Both the position numbers and the translations under genes were made by a program. The notes below the pieces were generated by a model. That model made no database searches. It was not told the DNA's origin and saw nothing but the letters and a program-made list of their open reading frames with translations. From Eledone cirrhosa (taxonomy: Eukaryota), in the NCBI GenBank assembly GCA_964016885.1, contig OZ024743.1, forward strand, positions 290,842,001 to 290,906,000: DNA of 64,000 nucleotides. Direction: 5' to 3'. Each line of letters starts with the position of its first letter. Within the stretch, counting starts at the first letter, position 1. Below are positions 58,679-64,000 of this stretch, piece by piece.

Positions 58679-60470
58679 ATGCATAAACAACATCTGAATA
58701 TTTCTACAAAGAACATACCCGTACAAAGCAGGAAAACATACCTAAAACTCCTGATACAGAAAACAGACGCGTTCATTAAAAGGTTGCGTTGGCGTGCCTT
58801 TTATTTCGATAATCCGCGAAAAGCAGACAACAAACAGGATCAATTTGGATTTAAAACCTATAATAACCTACCGTGTAACCCAGCATTGCTACCCTTCGAA
58901 AATGATATCTTGGAACTCATTCGGAGTATCAAATTTCGGAATAGGAGCAATTCCTTCCAGCAAGACCTGAATAATAGAATTCGTTCTATTAAGGATTCTA
59001 ATGCCGTGCACGTCCATTCCGACAAAACTGGCAACCTATATCAAGTGGAGTGCAGTACTTACCATCAACTACTACATGAAGCTGTAACTAAGGATTACCG
59101 TAAAACTAATCGGTGCGTCATCAATGAAATCAACGATGCTGGGTTTAAAATCACATCTGATCTCAACATCCTGGACCGGACCGAACATCTTGACCCTATC
59201 TCTCCCCACTCTACCCTGAAGGATCACAAATCCAATTTTCCGAACAACCCCTCTATTCGGCTTATTAACCCTACAAGTTCCGATTTAGGTAGACTTAGTA
59301 AAACGATTCTTGATAGTATTATACCTGAAATTAGATGTTTGGCCCCTCTTGCACTGTGGAACAATTCTTTCGCGTTGATTGATTGGTTCAACGGCATATG
59401 TAACAAGGAACATTGCCGTTTTATCCAATTCGACATCAACAATTACTACTCCTCCATCACTTTACCATTTCTCCTTAGAGCTATCAATTTCGCTAAACCA
59501 CTCACAGTGGTTAAGGATTTCGAAGTTGATGTCATCCTCAATGCCCGAAAGTCGGTGATTAATTTCGACCACTCTATTCGGATTAAACAATCCTATAGTA
59601 CCCCATTCGACGTGAGTATGGGCGCCAGTGATTCTGCGGAGGTTACTGATCTTATCGGCCTTTTCCTTTTTGTCTCTATCAAGGACGAATTCCCCAACGC
59701 GGGCTGTGGTTTGTACCGTGACGATGGTCTTTTGACCAGTCTAAGTGCGGACCTCGTGCTTGCGACAGGTTCAGAAAAGAACTCACAGCCTTCTTTAAAG
59801 GCTTCAACCTCTCTATACAGGTTGAGGCCAATCTCTCGGTCGTTAATTACCTCGACGTTACCCTCAATTTATTGAATGGGTTGTATTACCCGTATAGAAA
59901 GCCGAATGATACGCGTAATTACATAAGTAAGCATTCCAACCATCCTGCCAGCATAACCAAGAACCTAAGTAAGAAACGTTTCGTTGAGGCTTTCCCGTCT
60001 TCCCACCAACGAGCGTATTTTCAACGACCATTCCACTTATTACAATGAGGCTCTTGCTCGAAGTGGATTTGTCGATAAGGTAGCATATACAGAGAACGAA
60101 AATATACCTAGAAGAGATAGATACCGTCGCATCTGTTGGTTAACCCACCATATAATAAGAAGGAGGCCACACCATTAGCTAAGATCTATCTCTCCCTTAT
60201 TATGAAGCATTTTCCCCCTACACATAAATATAGTAACATTTTTAATAGAAATACTATTAAAATGCCTTACTCTACGACTCCGCTAGCTAGGGCTAGATCG
60301 TATAACGGAAATAAAAGACTATTGACCTCTGCGCTACTGAGGCACTGGAAATACTCAAAGCCACAGACCACACCTTAAACAAAAAATCTGAGGCAATTTC
60401 GGCTTGTAAACATAAATTGCATAAACCTTTCCTGTATTACAGCCCCACGTTATACCCTAACGGATACTAC
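58679..60470 (+). pseudogene. PLE F RT ORF, frameshifted near 59735, with the GIY-YIG core deleted
   Basis: Motifs KRLRWRAFYF, HSDKTGN, LKDHK, IRLINP, MGASDSA and GLYRDDGL. At ~60281 the sequence jumps from YSTTP to LARARSYN. Confidence 0.88.
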
Positions 60471-61423
60471 GATTTATACGTGGATATTTTACGTCTGGAT
60501 GTGGTAGCTAAATATATGTTTTGTTTATACCATTACTTATTTGCATAGGTAAGTATCATTTACCCGTATGTTTTGTGAAGGTACGTAATCCTTCTCGTAC
60601 CTATATTTCATTGTTTATGTTATGGCGTATAATTTTATATATTCTGCTACATATGGTTTGGCTATGTGTATACGGGAGTTTTGCGTCTGTGTGAGTATGC
60701 AGGTTCGTACGTATGTAGGTTGTGTGTATATGTGTACTTCTTGTTTTGGTTGACTTACGTCTCCGAACATTCGTGTTTTTACATGTAGGTATGTGTGTGC
60801 GCTTGTTATATACGTATTTATTTATTTATATACGTTTATATAATTATGTATTTATTAGTATACACGCATACACACACACACATATTTATATGTGCGTGGT
60901 TTTGTATACCTATGGCAAGTGTTTTGCGTATGATTGTGTATGTACGTATTTGTTTGCGTGTATGTATTTATTTATTTCTATTACTCCTGTATTTATTTAC
61001 TTTGTTCTTAACTCTGTAGCGGAGCTTCATTCGGTCTCCTTGTTAGAATTTTAGTCTACGACTTCTGCTATAACATTTACGTTGTTTTGTCTTTGCGTGC
61101 TTTGTTCTCCACGCTCCACCTATGACGTATTATCTTCGTTTTTTTCGTTCATTGCCAGAGAACGTCTCTATGAACCACCTAAGAGAATATTAGTCTACGA
61201 CCTCATTTATACCATAAACGTGGTTTTGTCTTTGCGCGTAATTGTTTTTCACCGCTCCTATTAATGACGTATTATATTCGTTTTTTCCCGTTCTATGCCA
61301 GCGAACGTTTCCACGAATCAAAGTATCGTCTTCCCGTCTTGCTCCGGTTGCAACGTTTTTTGAAATATCCACTTCTGCGTTTACAGATTGACTTTGTTAG
61401 TTTCAGAAGATCCTGTTATTTTA

Positions 61424-61469
<46 letters not shown>

Positions 61470-61473
<4 letters not shown>

Positions 61474-62398
61474 TTAATATAGATGAGATTCTACAGGACT
61501 AGAACTGTTTCATTCATTAGAAATCATCAGGAATCTGGGTATCAAAAAATAAATATGGTATTTATAGGTCTCTACAATGTTTGTATGTATGTGTGTATGT
61601 ATGTGCGTGTACATGAATATATATTTGTATATATTTATATATTTTTTTTATATATATATGTGTGTGTGTTTTTATGTGTGTATATGTGTTTATGTGTGTG
61701 TTTATGGTTGCGCGTAAGTGTGTGAGTGAGTATGTGTGTTTTTTTGTGTTTTTTTAGGTGTGGTTTTTTTTGTTTTTCTGTTTTTTTGTTTTTTGGGGTT
61801 TTTTTGTTTTTTTGTGAATGTGTCTGTTGATTTGGCATATTGTTGATTAGTTTAAGAGAAGTTCGAAGATAATAGTAAGATATGCACTCAGTATTTTGAA
61901 TCTGTCTGCAGAATTCCCTAGACCTTTGTCACTTAGCAGAACTTAATGACTTTAGCTTTTAAAGAATCTCCCTTTTCTTTAATTCTATCGAGCATGAATG
62001 ACCCCCCACTGATTTTATAGACATCTGCTAGCTTAAGAGAAACTTATTGACAAGGAATGGTATGCCTTCCGGAACCTGTTTATAGAATTCTGTCTGCCTT
62101 TGTTACTCTAAAAACATAAATAAATATAAATTAACTATAGCTATGTAGAATTAGCTTTTAATGAATTCCCTTCTCTATCAACCAATGACCTGCACCCATC
62201 CCACTCCCCACCCTCTCCTACCACTTGTAGAGACCTATAAATACCATATTTATTTTTTGATACCCAGATTCCTGATGATTTCTAATGAATGAAACAGTTC
62301 TAGTCCTGTAGAATCTCATCTATATTAAAACTGTTATACTCTGCTATGTATTGAGTACCTTACTTACTGTGGTTACCTCCGATTCAACCCGGAATAAC

Positions 62399-62400
<2 letters not shown>
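61470..62400. mobile_element. PLE-derived non-coding element with ~108 bp inverted termini (61470-61577 and 62225-62332)
   Basis: Near-perfect inverted repeat with a hammerhead in each arm and (AT)n flanks. Confidence 0.8.
62267..62305 (+). ncRNA. Hammerhead motif (mirror copy at 61497-61535, minus)
   Basis: gauuc-CUGAUGA-u uuc uaau gaa u-GAAACAGUUC-uaguc. Confidence 0.58.
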
Positions 62401-62431
<31 letters not shown>

Positions 62432-62434
<3 letters not shown>

Positions 62435-64000
62435 CGACGATGAATTAGTTTTGCGAGGTTTTTGATATGTAATCGTGTGTCGAAACAAATATTGTTATAC
62501 TTGGGGAGGGTCATATTTGCAATATGGGCTAGTATCAAAACTACCCTAAAGGGCCACATATTCAAATTCAACGAGAAGATCTACACCCAAAATGAGGGAG
62601 CAGCCATTGGCGTCAACACAGCTGGTGACGTTGCCAATCTTTCTATGTTATGGTGTGAAAGGAGACTCAAAGATCCCCCTGATGAGAGCTCCATAGACCT
62701 CAACATGTACTCACGTTATGTAGACGACATCAATATAGTAATAAGGACATCCCCACAAGAGAGTACTGACAAGTTTGATTTAGAACGTAGCACAAAGGAA
62801 AACATCCAGCATATAGATAATTCCATACCAGAGAGTATAACTGTAACTATCGATTACCCTTCCAAACACCCTAACAATAGACTACCTGTATTATACACGA
62901 AACTCTTTATTAACACTATAGACGAGAGAGCCCACATTCTCCACTCACACTATGCTAAACCCATGGCCTCCAAATACCTGATACTCAAAATCTCAGCAAT
63001 GTCCAGTAGTGCTAAGTTTAATATTCTGATCGCAGAATTGGTGCGAGTGATGAAGAACGTGTCTCGCATGTGCGACCCAACATAAATGGAAAGATACATC
63101 CCACACTTCATCAACCGCATGCAGTTCTCTGGCTACAACCAAAGAGAGAGAATCAGAGTATACGAAGGGGCCACGGAGAGGTATAAGACCCTCATAGAAC
63201 TGGACATAAAAGAAATTTGCCCATTATACAGGAGCAAATACTGGAATAGCTTAGATGGGACTAGACATTAGATAGGGAAATCCACCTCATGTTACGACAA
63301 CCAGAGATACCATAGTGTCATATTTGTGGACGCTACCTCTGGAGGGAAATTACCTAACCAGTGTGGAAAGGCCCTGAGAAAGACCCACTTAAAGATTAAG
63401 GTGGTAGAAAAGCCAGGAAACACCATAACATCGCTAATCCGCAACCCTACCCTTTTAAGAAAACACACTGTACTAATAGGATATGTATTATATGTAAAGT
63501 GAACCCCCGGATAAACTGTAAAACTAGAAACGTAGTCTATATCATAAGATGTACAGAGGGCACATGCAGAAACATGACAACAACATACAAAGGCGAGACA
63601 GCTCGTAGCATAGGTGAAAGGATAGACCAACTCTGAGGGGAACTAAATGGACGGAAAAACGGTTCAGTACTATACGAACATGCCAGACAACAACACGACG
63701 GTAACATAGACAACATAGAAATTAGAATAATATCTAAACATAGAAATGACCCGGCAGATAGGCAAATCAGTGAGGCGGGTAAAATTGAACTTAGAAGGCC
63801 AATGCTAAACAGAAAAAATGAATGGAATAACAACAACACCCAAACAAACAACACTGACCTAAGAGAAGTATAAATAAATAAACAAATACACAAGCACAAT
63901 AGCAAAAAACACATATAAACACACACTAGTAAACTAAGATAGAATACAATGACCAATACACAGTCACCCAAACACGAACACACATCAAACAAAACACTAT
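62432..64000 (+). mobile_element. PLE G: 5'-truncated, decayed Penelope-like element related to PLE C, with a short inverted 5' junction; runs off the window
   Basis: Motifs YTQNEGAAIG, YSRYVDD, HYAKPMASK and NCKTRNVVY...GETARSIGER, with several stops. 62432-62525 is an inverted pLTR end similar to 46650-46740. Confidence 0.87.

Larger units (their letters stand above)
56950..61420 (+). mobile_element. PLE F (YRDD-type) with a ~1.6 kb inverted copy of its 3' part
   Basis: ~57095-58656 is the reverse complement of ~60178-61415 apart from deletions. The plus-strand ORF starts at 58679. (AT)n on both flanks. Confidence 0.92.

Overview
AT-rich eukaryotic intergenic or intronic DNA made almost entirely of transposable elements and microsatellites. 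No host protein-coding gene is supported. Two SINE fragments resemble the abundant octopod tRNA-derived SINE, so a cephalopod host is inferred (by recognition, not by database search). The window holds at least seven coding Penelope-like retroelement (PLE) copies from several families, plus non-autonomous PLE-end derivatives, two R4/Dong-type RLE LINEs, RTE and CR1-like LINE remnants, one full-length decayed Helitron and one non-autonomous Helitron. Almost every PLE-derived insertion borders an (AT)n tract and has an inverted (foldback) terminus, and most carry a minimal type I hammerhead ribozyme motif. Most notable: (1) a near-intact two-ORF GIY-YIG PLE whose RT ORF has no nearby ATG and opens exactly at a U_UUU_UUA slippery heptamer followed by a stem-loop, suggesting gag-pol-like -1 frameshifting; (2) hammerheads with a compensated U3-A8 core in three families, plus other core variants; (3) a candidate rearranged (pseudoknotted) hammerhead at about 54.4 kb. 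All RNA folds were derived by eye and are untested.
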